From: Trichoplax adhaerens
Lineage: Eukaryota; Animalia; Placozoa
Reading direction: 5' to 3'
Assembly: GCF_000150275.1 (NCBI RefSeq)
Contig: NW_002060947.1
Location: 3,712,980 to 3,776,979 of the forward strand
Length of the DNA stretch: 64,000 nucleotides
Shown piece by piece: positions 14,435 through 27,700 of the stretch. Each line of letters opens with the position of its first letter. The first letter of the stretch is position 1. Below the pieces are notes generated by a model. The model made no database searches. It had not been told where the DNA came from and was given only the letters and a program-made list of their open reading frames with translations. The position numbers and the translations under genes were made by a program.

Positions 14435-16370
14435 GTCATCGTTTTAAATTTATTTTATATTGTATGATTAATTAACGTACACCGAATCTTCGGATAATTT
14501 ATCTTTTACCTGATATTAAAGCTTTATACTATAGATATTAATTCTACAGTTTAGAATTTAGTCGACAGTTTTCATACAGGACCGCTGAAAACATATGAAC
14601 ATTGTTATAAAATTCAAATTTTCAACAATTTGTTGCGTATTATTCTTTGAAATTGTTATAACAATTCCTTCCATTACGATATGAAACGAAATTAATACCA
14701 TAAGTTTATGGTTATCATGGATTATTGCAGTTTTGTAAACTAGTTATAATGATAAGCATAATGCATGGTTGCATATCTTATAAATCTGATATCGACCGTA
14801 TTGGATGGTGATTATTGTTAACTAGTCACCTGTCCTTTTAAAGTTTGGACAGATCATCTACGATCGATGTTAAAAGAATTACTAACTCAACATAGTCGAT
14901 CATCTGAACACCTACGTAATGCATAAATTTAATGGATCTTGATATGATACAGCATAGAAAGTCAGTAAAAATGGTATGGGGTGCAGTCATGATGTAGTAT
15001 CGTTATTCATTGGTATTAATTTGCTTGTAAATCTTCTAAAAGATATAGGTGATTAAAAACGAATATAAAATTTCATGACGTTCTATAATGTACGTATATA
15101 GTATGGTAAACCGCCTTCTGTTGCTATGCATGAATTTTGCAGTTTGCGAATGTATATTATATCTGTCATGGTTAGAAGATTGAAATTCTAATGTCTTGAG
15201 AATACGCATAGTGTAGTTACGGTTTCGTGAGCACGTTACATTTTATGAAATGCTACAGAAGTAAACAAGGTTTACTAGAGAAGTTAAATATATGATTGCG
15301 TTATTGTTTAATGTATTACATAGTTTACTTTCAATCCGGCATTTTACAAGTTATAGTCTAGTGCACTGTAGGTAGCTTTGAGGTGAATTGCATCATTATA
15401 ATCTTCAAACTGGTACACAAGAACTACCAGATACAGAACACTTTGATAGGAATAATTTTTAAACATGTAAAAGTTACACTCTGATGAGGTGTTAAAGAAA
15501 GTTAGCATGCATCCGTTACAGCTCTTTATATCCTAAGAAGCATTCTTAATTTAGCTACCCTATGTAAATGGTGATTGGCTTGGCATTTATTTTGAGGTGA
15601 TGTACAGTACAACAGCTACCGTACAATAAAAAGGCCATAAACATGTATCAACATTGGCCGGCTGAGTTGAATATGCAATCATACAGGATTCGATAGAAGT
15701 ATAAACGTTTATATCTTGCAATAATAAGGAAATACGATACTGACGCAACAATGACTAGTAGAAAACTTCAGCAAACAGCTAGCTGTACAAAAAATTTTAA
15801 TCATATGCGTACTTCAATAAACGATTGCCACATACTAGTGCCAAGTATCTATTCTTTGTAACTGTGATACTAGCAGACAAATAATATTGAACAAAAGATG
15901 GACCATTAGTAAGGACTACGAGGAAATAGTTAAAGGAATATCGACTATACCAATTTTTGAATGAGAAAAGTACAGGATGGCAAACTCAACAACCGTACTA
16001 TAAAAACAATCTCAAAAAGCACTAAGTTTCTCCATGAACGAAATTAAGAGATAAATTAATTGACCAGATACTTTTTAACGTTAGGCTAACATTTGGGGTA
16101 TGGTAGGATCTTCAGTAATTAACATTGTTCCGTCAATGTGATGGCCAAACGCTTACGATCACAGAAGTTAACTGATCATGAATACTATGGACAGTAACAA
16201 CCGGAATAAGGCATGATACAAAATGATTTCAAAGTTATCAATAACAGTCGAATGATGTCAGATAAAGAAACTTTACAGCCTGTCATTCTTATTTTAAAAA
16301 TTATTAATCTAGTGTCTGGTCGAATTACATCATCGACATCTTTCTAAAGACGAGATATAATTATAAAGCT

Positions 16371-16835
16371 TTAGTATGGTCGACTTCGTCTCATACGCGG
16401 TGGTACTAATGCGATGTCTAAATAATCACCAATTTGAAATTGGTCACCAAGAGTGATTTGGTCTCCTTCGCTTTTTTGGCCAGAGATAGTTTTACCGATA
16501 TCTCTTAATCTATAACCACCACGCTTATCTGGATAGACAATACCAAATTCAAAGAACGTGCCTCTACGTCTTGAATCGCTATTAACCTCCTTAATCAAAC
16601 CCATCAGTTCTTTTAAAGTAGCATCTTTCCACGTGTAAATTTGTAATTCGTTCATTGGAACTCTACCTCTAGAATATTCTTCCATTCTATAATGCCTTCC
16701 AACGTTATAAAATACTCTTAAGAGAAAGGGACAAATTTTTTTCCTATCTACAGGTACAATTTTCTCTTGATCTTTATCTTTTCCAGACTCAGGTTCATAA
16801 CGCCTTTGCTCGCCAGCATCACGTTTGTCGGCCAT
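16371..16835 (-). CDS. SAP18: Histone deacetylase complex / ASAP-PSAP subunit SAP18, single coding exon
   Basis: One uninterrupted ORF: PVDRKKICPFLLRVF...GRHYRMEEYSRGRVPMNELQIYTWKDATLKELMGLIKEV...RRRGTFFEF...FQIGDYLDIAL.PP...RPY. The likely start is the ATG at 16835 (MADKRD); the track's upstream start is TTG. Confidence 0.96.
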   Translation of the reverse strand: MADKRDAGEQRRYEPESGKDKDQEKIVPVDRKKICPFLLRVFYNVGRHYRMEEYSRGRVPMNELQIYTWKDATLKELMGLIKEVNSDSRRRGTFFEFGIVYPDKRGGYRLRDIGKTISGQKSEGDQITLGDQFQIGDYLDIALVPPRMRRSRPY

Positions 16836-17027
16836 GATAGCTTGGTTAGTCCAGTTACTAGCTCGATCTTGCTGATGAAGGCATGTACGCACGCGTGCAG
16901 CATCAACCAATCTTCATGGAGGTAAGAGGTTTATTACCTCTATGGTACCTTTATTGTGCTAGCTGCTGTATGGGTAGCAATACTGAGTACGGTAGTTGAG
17001 GCGCAAAGAGTTGATCACCTCAGCAAA

Positions 17028-17110
17028 GTGTACAGTACAGTACAAGTGTGTCAGCTGCGTACAGTATTTGTTACGGGCAATGTACTGTACACTGTACAGT
17101 ACTGTATTCT
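17028..17110. repeat. (GTACW)n array in the SAP18/STI1-gene divergent promoter
   Basis: gtgtacagtacagtacaag ... tgtactgtacactgtacagtactgta. Confidence 0.8.
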
Positions 17111-17693
17111 GTATGGAAGCAGAGTTAAAAGAAATGAAACCTACGGTACGTTACTAAGATACGTGTAACCACGGTACCATGTTAATTTTTCGTGAATTTA
17201 ATCTCCGTTTTGGTCTCCAATTAAGATAATGTACAGTATATGAGTTAACCGACTAGATGAATGCACATAGAATCTAAAGTTCAGTAAGTCAAGATATGAA
17301 ATATTAAGATATGTAGTCATGACAGTTAATGGGTTCTAAATACGCGTATGCGTGTGTGTACGTGTATATGCCTGTCTTACTATGTGAATTTACGGGTATA
17401 GTACTATACTGTATGTTTAAATGAGCTTAATAAATAATTATAATAATGGTCAACGTCAACTTTACCTATACCTACACCAGAACCATATTATATAAATTGT
17501 AGTACTACGATATCACTGTTTTTAGCCCATTTCAGTACACAGACTAAAAAGAGAAAGAAAATTGCTAATTAAGTTTTTGTAAGATTGATCGGGTGCAATT
17601 TGTCAGCATCGAAAGTTACGAGGTATCGTTTTCTTTCTTGCAGATACGTCGTATAATTCATTTTTCTTGTAATTGAATTGACTGCATTTTCAT

Positions 17694-19453
17694 ATGGCGG
17701 AAATAGATGATGATTCTGGTAAGTCTGTGATTTATACTTTAACGATGATGACTCGATACAGTTCTCTAACATGCTTTGTGCATCGTGTGTAATACTGTAG
17801 TGTTACCGATTTAAATATCTATCAATGCATGGCTATAAGATATTAATGTAACAAATATGAAGAATGTTAAAATAGTGAATATGTTACAATATAACCTGCA
17901 GATGTTGCTACATTATCATAGTTTATACGTACTTACTGGTATAGAGATGCAATTTTATTGTAGAAATCCCTGAAATGTGGGTGTTATCCGGCTAGTATTC
18001 AACTATTATTTATTTCTTAGATGTGCCTCCACTGGAGGATATGTCAGACTTGATCGGTAAAGTGCAAGCAATGCGTACAGAAACATCTCAAGAAGTTTCA
18101 TATAATACAGTTGACTCTAATTACCCCAGTGGCCAGTCTGCGATAACGGATACTAAGCATGAAGAAACTACTCAGTACAAGGTAACAGAGTACATGATGC
18201 TAGTTACGTTTTTTCAGCTTCATTTAGATTATTTATTTTAATATTACTGTATTTGTACATTTTAGGCTAGTAATGAATCAACAGCTAAAAAGAACAATTT
18301 AACACAAAGTAGCCAATTTGGTGGATTTAAAAGCGGATTTCTCAATTCGAAGCCAGCTAAAGTTAAATCTCATAGTAAAGTTGAAAAAAAAGGAGGTAAA
18401 GGTGCAAAAGAGGATGATTTGGAATTTGTCAAGCCCAAAAAATCAAAAGAGGATGAATTAAAATTTCAAGAAGTTCAGGATGCTATAAATCAATCTCATC
18501 CGTTACTTAAAAATAATGGTAAATTTGATTTTGTATATCAATGCTGTAGTATCTCTTATACATACATTTAAAATTGAATGAATTATATACGGACAGAGTT
18601 TATCGTGCTATCAATCATGGTTAAGATTAAGCGAAGAAGAATAAATAACGATTGATCTATGATATAATTCTGTATACCTTTAGTATCATATCATAATTAT
18701 AGGTTTTCTTTCTTCATACCTTAGACTGGGTAACCAATGATTTATTGACCAAGATACAAGCGAATCCTCGTATGCATAAGCAAATAAGTGATCCACGCTT
18801 TGTTGCTGCATTAAAAAAATTTGAAACTGATCGTGAAGGAGCAATGAAACAGTTTCAGGGTGACCCTGAGCTTCAGCAATTTTTCACAGATTTTTGCCAA
18901 CTTATGGGAAATCATTTTCTTAATATTTCTAAAGATAAAGATCCCTCAAAATCAGGTATGACAATGTTTTATATCTTTCTGAAAAATATTATATTCTAAT
19001 AGTAGTGTTATACATATTAGATCAGAACGAAGCTGCAGCTGCAACGGAAAATAGGCTTACTCCGAAGAAGCTCTCGCCAGAAGATATAAGAGCACAACAA
19101 ATAGTATCCGATCCCAAGATAGCAAAAATTTTAAACAATTCTGAAGTAAAAGAATTCATAGAACTTCTGAAACGTAATCCAGAAGCCGCTCAGCAGTAAG
19201 ATTATATTATCAAACTGTTGTAAAAGTAATAATCAAAAATCAAATTTTAGTTCATTACCGTATATATTTTACAAAGTTAGAATATATCGCATTAGTAGTC
19301 GCCATTTCTGTGTCAGACAACTAACGTTTTTATAAATTTAAAGCGTTTATCATAATTTTTCTACATAGGTATTTATTCACCGCTCCTAAGGAATTACGGG
19401 AGAAATTGCAAAAGCTTGTTGAGTGTGGAGTTTTATCAGTTCAAAGAAGTTAA
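17694..19453 (+). CDS. Uncharacterised STI1/HOP DP-domain-containing protein, ~6 exons
   Basis: Spliced GT-AG exons give MAEIDDDS/DVPPLEDMSDL...QFGGFKSGFLN...LKFQEVQDAI.../WVTNDLLTKIQANPRMHKQISDPRFVAALKKFETD...DPELQQFFTDFCQLMGNHF.../IVSDPKIAKILNNSEVKEFIELLKRNPEAAQQ/...ELREKLQKLVECGVLSVQRS*. The DP/NP helices and the C-terminal KLxxxGxL resemble HOP DP2. No TPRs were seen. Confidence 0.75.
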
Positions 19454-20695
19454 AAATATTTCAATGAGTACTACACAGCAAGCATATAGTGGGTTTTTTT
19501 TGTAAATACTTCGGTCTTAGTTGCTGTTCTGTAGCGGCATAACTGTAATATCCTTACAGAAACGGATGCTAAATTTTAGATAATTAAAACTCCCTCTTGC
19601 AGGTTTATTGGCTTACGCTAACTTATTATTTCACTCATATTCTGATAACTTCGATGGTGATAGTTGCAATATAACAGCCATGCGATCTAGTTACTGCCGC
19701 ATTGGCAACCTGTATATGATGAATCTTCAATCTCTTTTGTTTCATGGTATGTGTACTAAAAGTTATATATCACTAACCACAAACTGCGTGAAATATACTG
19801 TAATACTGTACTACCGAAGTGTTCAGCGTGAACACACGATACAAGTACAGAGTATACGAACGTGCATTTTTCAATTAAGTGAAACAGTATTTTGCTTATT
19901 TGTGGTAATAAATTAAAAGCTCATTAAGTCATTCGGTTGAACTAATGTTTATGGAAGTACAGTATAATTGTACCGATACAGTAATTTTAATTCCGTGAAT
20001 GCACGATGACGATAGTTTACGTCTGAAGATTATGCATTGCCCAAACTGATGATAGGGCATACCATGATTCATTAAATTATAATACCAAATAGATTTTGAT
20101 GTCTGGAGATTTTTACGCTCTCAGACAGTAAATCCAGTTACATGCAAATGTAGAATAAAAACATACTAGTTTTTAAAAATAGAAATCGAGGTTTCCAGAA
20201 ATTAGATACTGTACAAGTATTTGTGTAAGACCCTATCGGTCTCATCCTCGCTATGGTATTTCAGCTTCTAGAAATAAAGGTTATAGCTCTGTAGATTGGA
20301 TATAGATGGCACGCTTACCGATAGTATCTTACTTATTATAAGCATCATAAATTTTACCATTTTGCTATTATATTTGATCAGGTTAAATGATTTCAAACTC
20401 ATCAATACAAGTTACACCTAGATATACAAGGCCTTTGGGTCTAACCACCTAAATTTCATTGACTGTCACCACGAAGTATATTTGCAGCTAGTGCAACAGG
20501 AGTTACAGATTTATGTCGATTACTACATGCGAAACTAAAAAGCAATACTTAATAATTAAACTCCCTTGATGTCACAGTATGAAATCAAAAAATTCCTAGG
20601 TTGTAATAATAGTACTCAATGAAGGAAATAGCGAAATATTTTTATCAATTTGACCCGAGATAGAGCCGTTTATTAACAAACGATGTACAGTAAAT

Positions 20696-23024
20696 TTAGT
20701 TGTGACCAAGAGCTGCTAGCGTTTCATTTACTGATTTCAATTGATCAGCTTTATCAGCTTCAGCTTCCCTTTTGAATTTCTGTTGAAAATGGTCAAGTAG
20801 CATATAATTAGGAATAGGCTTTCACCTAAGCATCGCAATATGTAAACATTCAAATCTTGGATAGCGTTCAGTCATACCTGTAATCTTCGTTTATTTTCAT
20901 AGAAGGCTTTTGCCTTAGCCTTTCGTTTTTCCTCCAAAGTTGATATTATATCATTATATTTCCAACCAACTTCACTCGATAACTTACCGACTACGGTAAA
21001 TTTACGACGTGGCTTAAGTTGGACTACTCTCAGAGCAGCAGGAACAACCAAACGCTTCATTTTATCGTAAGGAGCTGGAATGCCTTCAAATGTTTTCAAT
21101 CTGTTGAGAGCTTCTTCACCTCTTTTCGTTTTGTGAGGAACCATACCTACATAACGCAGGGTCATCAGAAATGAGTTCAAGTCACCTTTATTACGATTAC
21201 TTTGTCGATAAATTGCTACTGGCAGCAGATCTCTTTTAATTGGCTAACCTCGTACGGTTCTCCACAAGATACGACTAGGTGCTCTGAAATGGAATGGGCC
21301 TCTTCTAGGATTGACGTTACAACGCTTTCTCAGAAAATCCAGATACTTCACTAAAAATGTGCAAGTAATGAAAGGAATAGTAACAATATGAGTTTACAAG
21401 CTGTTACCTAAGACCATTTAGATAGCGTCAATACATACATTTATTTCTGTAGAAGCCACCGCTAATGTTCAACTCTTCACATCGTACTACTACAACTCTT
21501 TGACCTAAATTTTAATCACCGTACGTTCGTTATTTTATAAATTTATGATAATGTTAGTATATCGATGCTAGTTTGAAATTATTCATTCTTACCGCTTAAA
21601 ATTGTTTTAGCAATTGTAGAAGCTAATCGGCCCAATAAGTGATTCCTGCCGTCAATGATAATTGCCTAATTGTATAAGAATAACCAAAAAATAATGCGTT
21701 ATACGAGCAAGACATATCATCACGATTCATGATTATAAAAAAGCTAAGGTTGCGAACATCAAAAAGAGTTAATCAAGACAAATGAATCTGTAGCAGGTTC
21801 AAATGTAAAACTAGTTATTTTTATCAAGTCCTATTAACATCGACTTTACATAGAGATATAAATAAGCATGGGACTGAAGAAACAGCCATCAATTGCAATT
21901 ATTATGATCTTTGTTCATGCATTTTCTATTACGGCAGTGTGATGAAGTAAAACATAAAAGCTATTTTTAAGTCGATTGCCTAACAGTTGTACTATTGAGG
22001 AGACCGAGGGCTTACTGAAATGCATGAGAAATTATTACATTGTACATCGACATAGGATAGCATGCAGCAATGGTGAATTTGGAGTCAGTAAAAATGGGGT
22101 GATATTTCGAATTATACGGCTATACTGTATACTCGAACGTCAATTTTTGAACCAATTTAATTCTATGGGACACATCCTAGATTCTATTTCTGGACCGTTG
22201 ATCTAAAGAGTTCATGAGTATGGCATATAGCTCAAGAGAGCAATTAATTTATTCAGTTTGTTCACGATAAACCAATTTTCTATCACCTACGTATAGTACA
22301 GTATAACATTATTTTTCAACTTCATTGCAGTGTGGGAATTCTAGTTTTGTAGATCACCTCAGAATTAGCGAATAAAACACCACTACTGTACTGGATGATA
22401 TAAATATACCGTACTTGAAATGATAGGATCATAACCATCTAAGGTGGTAGCGAGATATCGGACATACAATCTCGAGAATTGAATGTATTTACTTGAGTGC
22501 AGAACCTAAATATTCATAGTTTTGTGGAACTTTTTTCAACAATAATGGTGCAACGTGAGAAATGGAGTACACGATGTGCCATTTCCAGATAGGTTCTGTA
22601 CGAGTATAAAGTACTCTGACATACATTGCCATACAGCTATTCATGATAATCTCTGTGTCGAAATTTCAGATTCTTTCACAGTACCACATATACAATAATT
22701 CGCAAATGTTTATGATTCCATTTTGACTCCTCAATCGTATTTTAAAGCGTGAAAGTTTAGGCTTGTATAGTCGCTTCAGCTTTTACGACTTCTAAAGTTC
22801 ACGAGCGAGGCCGTTCAACGGTCGAGAACGATCAGCACATTATCAAAGAAGTCTCTGCGTATACATATAAATGACTAAAATATCATGATTTATATGGTAA
22901 CATGGAGAATCGTACAGTGTAACTTAAAGAAATCTACATCTATTTCTTTAATCTATAAAGGACGATTGTGGATAAAACAGTCAAAAAAATCATTTCATTT
23001 TCTACTTACTTTCTCGAAACCCAT
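20696..23024 (-). CDS. RPL13A: 60S ribosomal protein L13a (uL13), multi-exon
   Basis: [51 protein letters not shown]/..[62 protein letters not shown]...[11 protein letters not shown] at 20696; intron 1 is ~1.3 kb. Confidence 0.97.
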
Positions 23025-23044
23025 CTTCCTTGACTTGCTTTACC

Positions 23045-23057
23045 GAAAGAGAAGGAG
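23045..23057 (-). promoter_or_regulatory. Polypyrimidine TCT initiator / 5' TOP of RPL13A
   Basis: The minus strand reads CTCCTTCTCTTTC about 20 nt upstream of the ATG, as is typical of metazoan ribosomal protein genes. Confidence 0.7.
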
Positions 23058-23199
23058 TTGAGTATTCCACATGGTGTTATACGGGGCGGCCACGCGATCG
23101 TGCGTACTAAAGGGCTTTTGGCATGCGCATTAGACAAGGACTCCCCACTCATTGCAGTAGAGATTCTTATTACAGATCGGACTACTACTGAGTCATGAC

Positions 23200-24305
23200 C
23201 GTGTCTTCTGACTACAGTAGGTATACTGTGCTCTGTATACTGTAGTACTGTACGGAACATAGTAACCATGTACAGTACAGTACAGTACACTGTAGATTCT
23301 ACAGTCAGACTACTGTACACTGTACTGTACAGTAAAACATTTGAAACGATTGCCATATGTACAGTATGTGAAACGGGATGGGAGTCCTGTAGCCACCACT
23401 TCGAAAATCAGTCCTAAAATGGCAGGTATACGTTTCTGTGATGAGATGCAATTTTAGGACTGATTTTGGAAGTGGTTACTTTTAGGGGCTCGATGATCCA
23501 AATCATTCACATTCAGAATAGTAGGTGTATCCGTTGGTCTAAAATTTGCCACCAGTTCTCACCGGCTCAGCATGTCTGAGGGACTCGTGGTACAGTACTA
23601 AAAATCATGTCACCCTATGGCTGTAAAAGTATTAGGCTTAAAGCGACATTGGTTTTCCTTGCAAATGAGATCTGCCGAATTTAGCAACATCGAACCATAC
23701 AGTACAGTACTGTGGAGTGCTAGCTTGCTAACCCAGTTACACAGTACTGTATGCATCAAACTGTCCGTTGCCGTGAATACAGTATGACTGTAAAGTATAC
23801 AGTACTGTACGCGAGGACCTTATACAGTACAGTACAGTACGTACAGTACGTACTACTGTACGTACTGTCGAGCTTGGAGGTTCTCTACTGTACAGTACAT
23901 GTACAGTACAGTACAGTACACTGTACAGTACAGTGTACTGTACGTACAGTAAAGTACTGTACTGTGCAGTGTACAGTACTCTGGAAGATACTTTTACCAG
24001 TTATGATCATTCTGCTTATTTACCTACTGTTATTTCTGTTCAGAAAAACAACAAACAACATAGAGTGCTAACTTACCTAACCCAGAATGCATCAAATTGA
24101 CAATTGCTATAGAGTAGAGTATAAAGAGACCGTTTCTAGGTAATTTCGAAACGACTAGACTGTACACTGTAAACAGAGAGGAAGTTGGTCTGCTGTACTG
24201 TACTGTTTTGTACTGTTCCAGTACACTGTAGAAGATTCTTTTACGAGTTCAAATGATCCTATTGAAGCATTTGTGGAAACCAGTGGGTACAGTACGGTAC
24301 TGTAG
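23200..24305. repeat. (GTACW)n arrays in the RPL13A/Sestrin divergent promoter
   Basis: Dense blocks at ~23200-23370, ~23690-23985 and ~24155-24305. Confidence 0.9.
23395..23476. repeat. Near-perfect inverted repeat (26-bp arms, 30-nt spacer)
   Basis: Left arm ACCACTTCGAAAATCAGTCCTAAAAT (23395-23420) and right arm ATTTTAGGACTGATTTTGGAAGTGGT (23451-23476) are 25/26 complementary. Confidence 0.9.
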
Positions 24306-24711
24306 TTGACTCACCGGTGTGATAACTCGTCTTGATAAGCCACTAAACGCATCTTTTGACCATTACAAGCTGGCAGTCATGACTTTCAAGTGATGTCAGC
24401 GCTCACTGGTTGAGATTACTTGTAGTTAGGAAGTAATGAGTATCAGGAATTGGTAGGCGATCATTTGATGTATGCATGAGTTAGTAGAGAGATCCATCAT
24501 TCTTATATTGAATAGTTGTCGTTCTACTACAACACAACTTGGATAACGATTCAACAAGTCAATAGAATAAGGGTTAATTGTATTCTTATCATCGTCAACG
24601 TACGCACATACGGACGTTGCGGGTGCTTTTGCTTGTTCCATTTGCAGCTTGTTGTTTAGGTAATCATTTGAACTTGTCCTACTCTTCTTATCGATACCAA
24701 CCACTGTGAAG

Positions 24712-27700
24712 ATGAAGATGGCCGATGATACTTTGATGTCATGCGAAGGTTTCGAATTGTTCACTGCCCTACAAAATAGCGATACAGATGGGAGACAGAA
24801 CGTTATGCAACATATCATGGAGTTAATGTGTGAATGGGCTAGAAATACTCAAATTGATCTGGAGGACGAAACTAAATTAAAGCCTTATTTATGTACTCTA
24901 CTAAGAATATCTTACGAATGTCCGTATGAAGAAGAACGTCTGAAATGTCAAGAGTTATTACAGGATCTAAAGGTAAACCAATAGCATTTTTATTGTCATA
25001 AGCTGAAATCGTTTGAAGTTGAATCATCATGTTGGCACTAAACGATATTTGTGACGAAAGTATTGATTGTATCATACCAATCATTCAACGTTGGACTTCC
25101 CTTAAAATTGTACACTATCTGTCAAAATAGCCACAATCTTGCGCAGACATACGTTGTGATAGGTCAGTTTAGCTTTTCAGCGCAAAAAACAACCTACAAT
25201 TTTATTTGAATTTTGATACCAAATGACTAAGGTGAAAAAGAATGCATTCGATAGCTAAATGAATTTGAAATGAGCCCATATAAAATCGTGTTAGTACAGG
25301 CTGGTAGATACTGTAGTAAAAGAATTGACGAACGTACAATGACGAGTATTGCATCATTTTCAAGTCAATGCTCTATCTCGTACAAGTTTTTTTTTCACTA
25401 ATAGAACAGCTTCTGTATAATGAAGATTTGAATACAGATTCCTTGGCATTAATTCATCATCAATGCTGTAGCTTCGACAAAAATTGGATCCAACATTCCA
25501 ATCGAACTTATTATTTTAACCTTAAAGTAATATGATTGAGGTTCTTTTGCTTTTTGCAGTGTATTATGCTACGTCGCACGGTGCACTCATTTGCTGAATC
25601 AGTAACTATGATTTGCACGATTTATGTTCATCAAATTCAACCTATTGCATTATCACGACACTCCTGGGATCAATGTTGTTCTCACTACTACTCTTGTTAT
25701 GAACATGAATTGAAACTAATGTTTTGTAGAATGCCATCATCATAAATAAATAATATTGTACAGTGCAAATAGCAACTCATCGAATCGTTGTGAACTACTT
25801 TGCACCATACGTACATGATATATATGTATAATATCATGAAACCACTTACTGCTACATAATTACTGCTAACTTTCTATATTTAAATTTCTAGCTGTAACTA
25901 CGCTCCAACGTATTACAAAAATCTGAGATAGTTGTTAATACACAATGGTATTGTAATACTATATTGTGTCGTAATTGGATTTTTATTGATTTGTCATCCA
26001 TTACAGAAATGAAGATTTTGAACTGACAGTATTAATATCTTAGTGTTGATACTACTGTCTACTGTATGTGCAACTGCTACTTATAACTAACCATCATGAA
26101 AATTGATGGCATGATAACTACTGATAAACTAATACAGTACGGTATACGCGAAAGACACTATATAGTAATTTAAAATTTTTTAATCATGATTGTTTTGATC
26201 ATATAGTAGAATATCACCCAATCTTCTGTTCACTTTATTTAAATGATTGCCATGAATTACTTGACTGCCTGTGATAATAGTTGATGGACAACTCTATTCA
26301 CTTAGTTCTAGTAGAACGATAGTTATTCGTATTTGATTGGTAGTAGTACAGAACTAGCGATTGATTGATCAATTACGAGTACAGTACATGTAGTACTCGT
26401 ATATAGTGGGACAATTGGTAAATGATGTTGTATCATATTTGTTTTCTTTAATTTGCAATCTCTCTCTTTTACAGAATGAATACCACATCGACATTCCTAA
26501 AAGATTACAAAACAGGCCGTCGAAATTTGTAGATATCTCGGAGGTATTTGATAATTTATTGTACTGTATACTATACTACTAGTATACGTGCTTGTTGGAT
26601 GTTAAAAAATGTAGTTTCATCTACTTTTTTCAATGTTGACCACGGAAAATACTAAACCTAGTTACATGTATGAGTCATAATTATTCCTATCACTCGCTTC
26701 CATCTTGGTGGGTTACTAATCGTATGAACACTGCACCATATTTTATGTACACGATAGTCATTCTATAACCATATTAAAAATTTTCAATCACTTTAAGGAA
26801 GCAGCTTTCATTTCAATATGCCCAACGTATTGGGCAAGCTACAGTATATTAGGCGTTTAAAATTTTGATAGGATATTTTTGCGAAACGATTTATGCTTAA
26901 GAAGGGTGGCCGCAATTGATATTTTAATTTATCTATGACAAGATCAGTGTACTGTAGTTTGATGATTGGGCGATGGATCGCTAGCATTCCGTATTAGCAA
27001 CGATGTCAAGAGTGCCAATTTGAGTGGGTGATTTGAAGGACTGACGAATAAATTAATCGACTGAGTGATAAACAAGTGGCTAAATGAAACTTGTTCAATT
27101 TTGCTTCATAGTGTTGATCTATCCATAATATGCCATGCAATGGTCAAGATACACCTTGCATAATTTCCCCGCCAAATGATTCATCTTTGTCAGTTGAACA
27201 CCATTAGCATGGTTAATCTGCATGCCAATTTAGCATCCTATCTAGTCTTGTGAGCGGTCGATGTTAAGTTATAGCATTGCTATTGCCCCTTTTATTGAAC
27301 GTTTCATCATTCCAATAGTGCGTTGGTCTACCTACTATTCACACTCTTGCAAAATACGTACCGCTTCTGATTTAGAACTATATCAACATTATTCCTTTTA
27401 TCTAAGTATGCATTTCCTGTAAGTTAACGTTAACATGTATTAAGTCATCCACTTTTACGGACATATGCACGATATATATACAACGTATTCGAGGAGAAAA
27501 GTAAAGATTTCACCCACTCATTTCTATGCGCCGTAACTTCCTCATTATACTGTACAACGAATCACGTACAATGGAATAATCTGTCTGTACACACTTATAA
27601 CGCCTACTTTTATTGATCCGAGTATGTACTTTACAACATTACATACGTTTTTGTATATTTTTAGAAGCGCACGGGACACGGCACAGGGCTTGAATTAATT

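Noticed and set aside
17165-17178. RFX X-box-like GTAACCACGGTACC upstream of the STI1-domain gene
   Set aside because: It has mismatches in the AAC half-site and the spacer, so it is not distinguishable from chance.
21667-21723. C/D snoRNA in an RPL13A intron (box C GTGATGA on the sense strand)
   Set aside because: It lies only ~50 nt from the 3' splice site and has no downstream CTGA box D.
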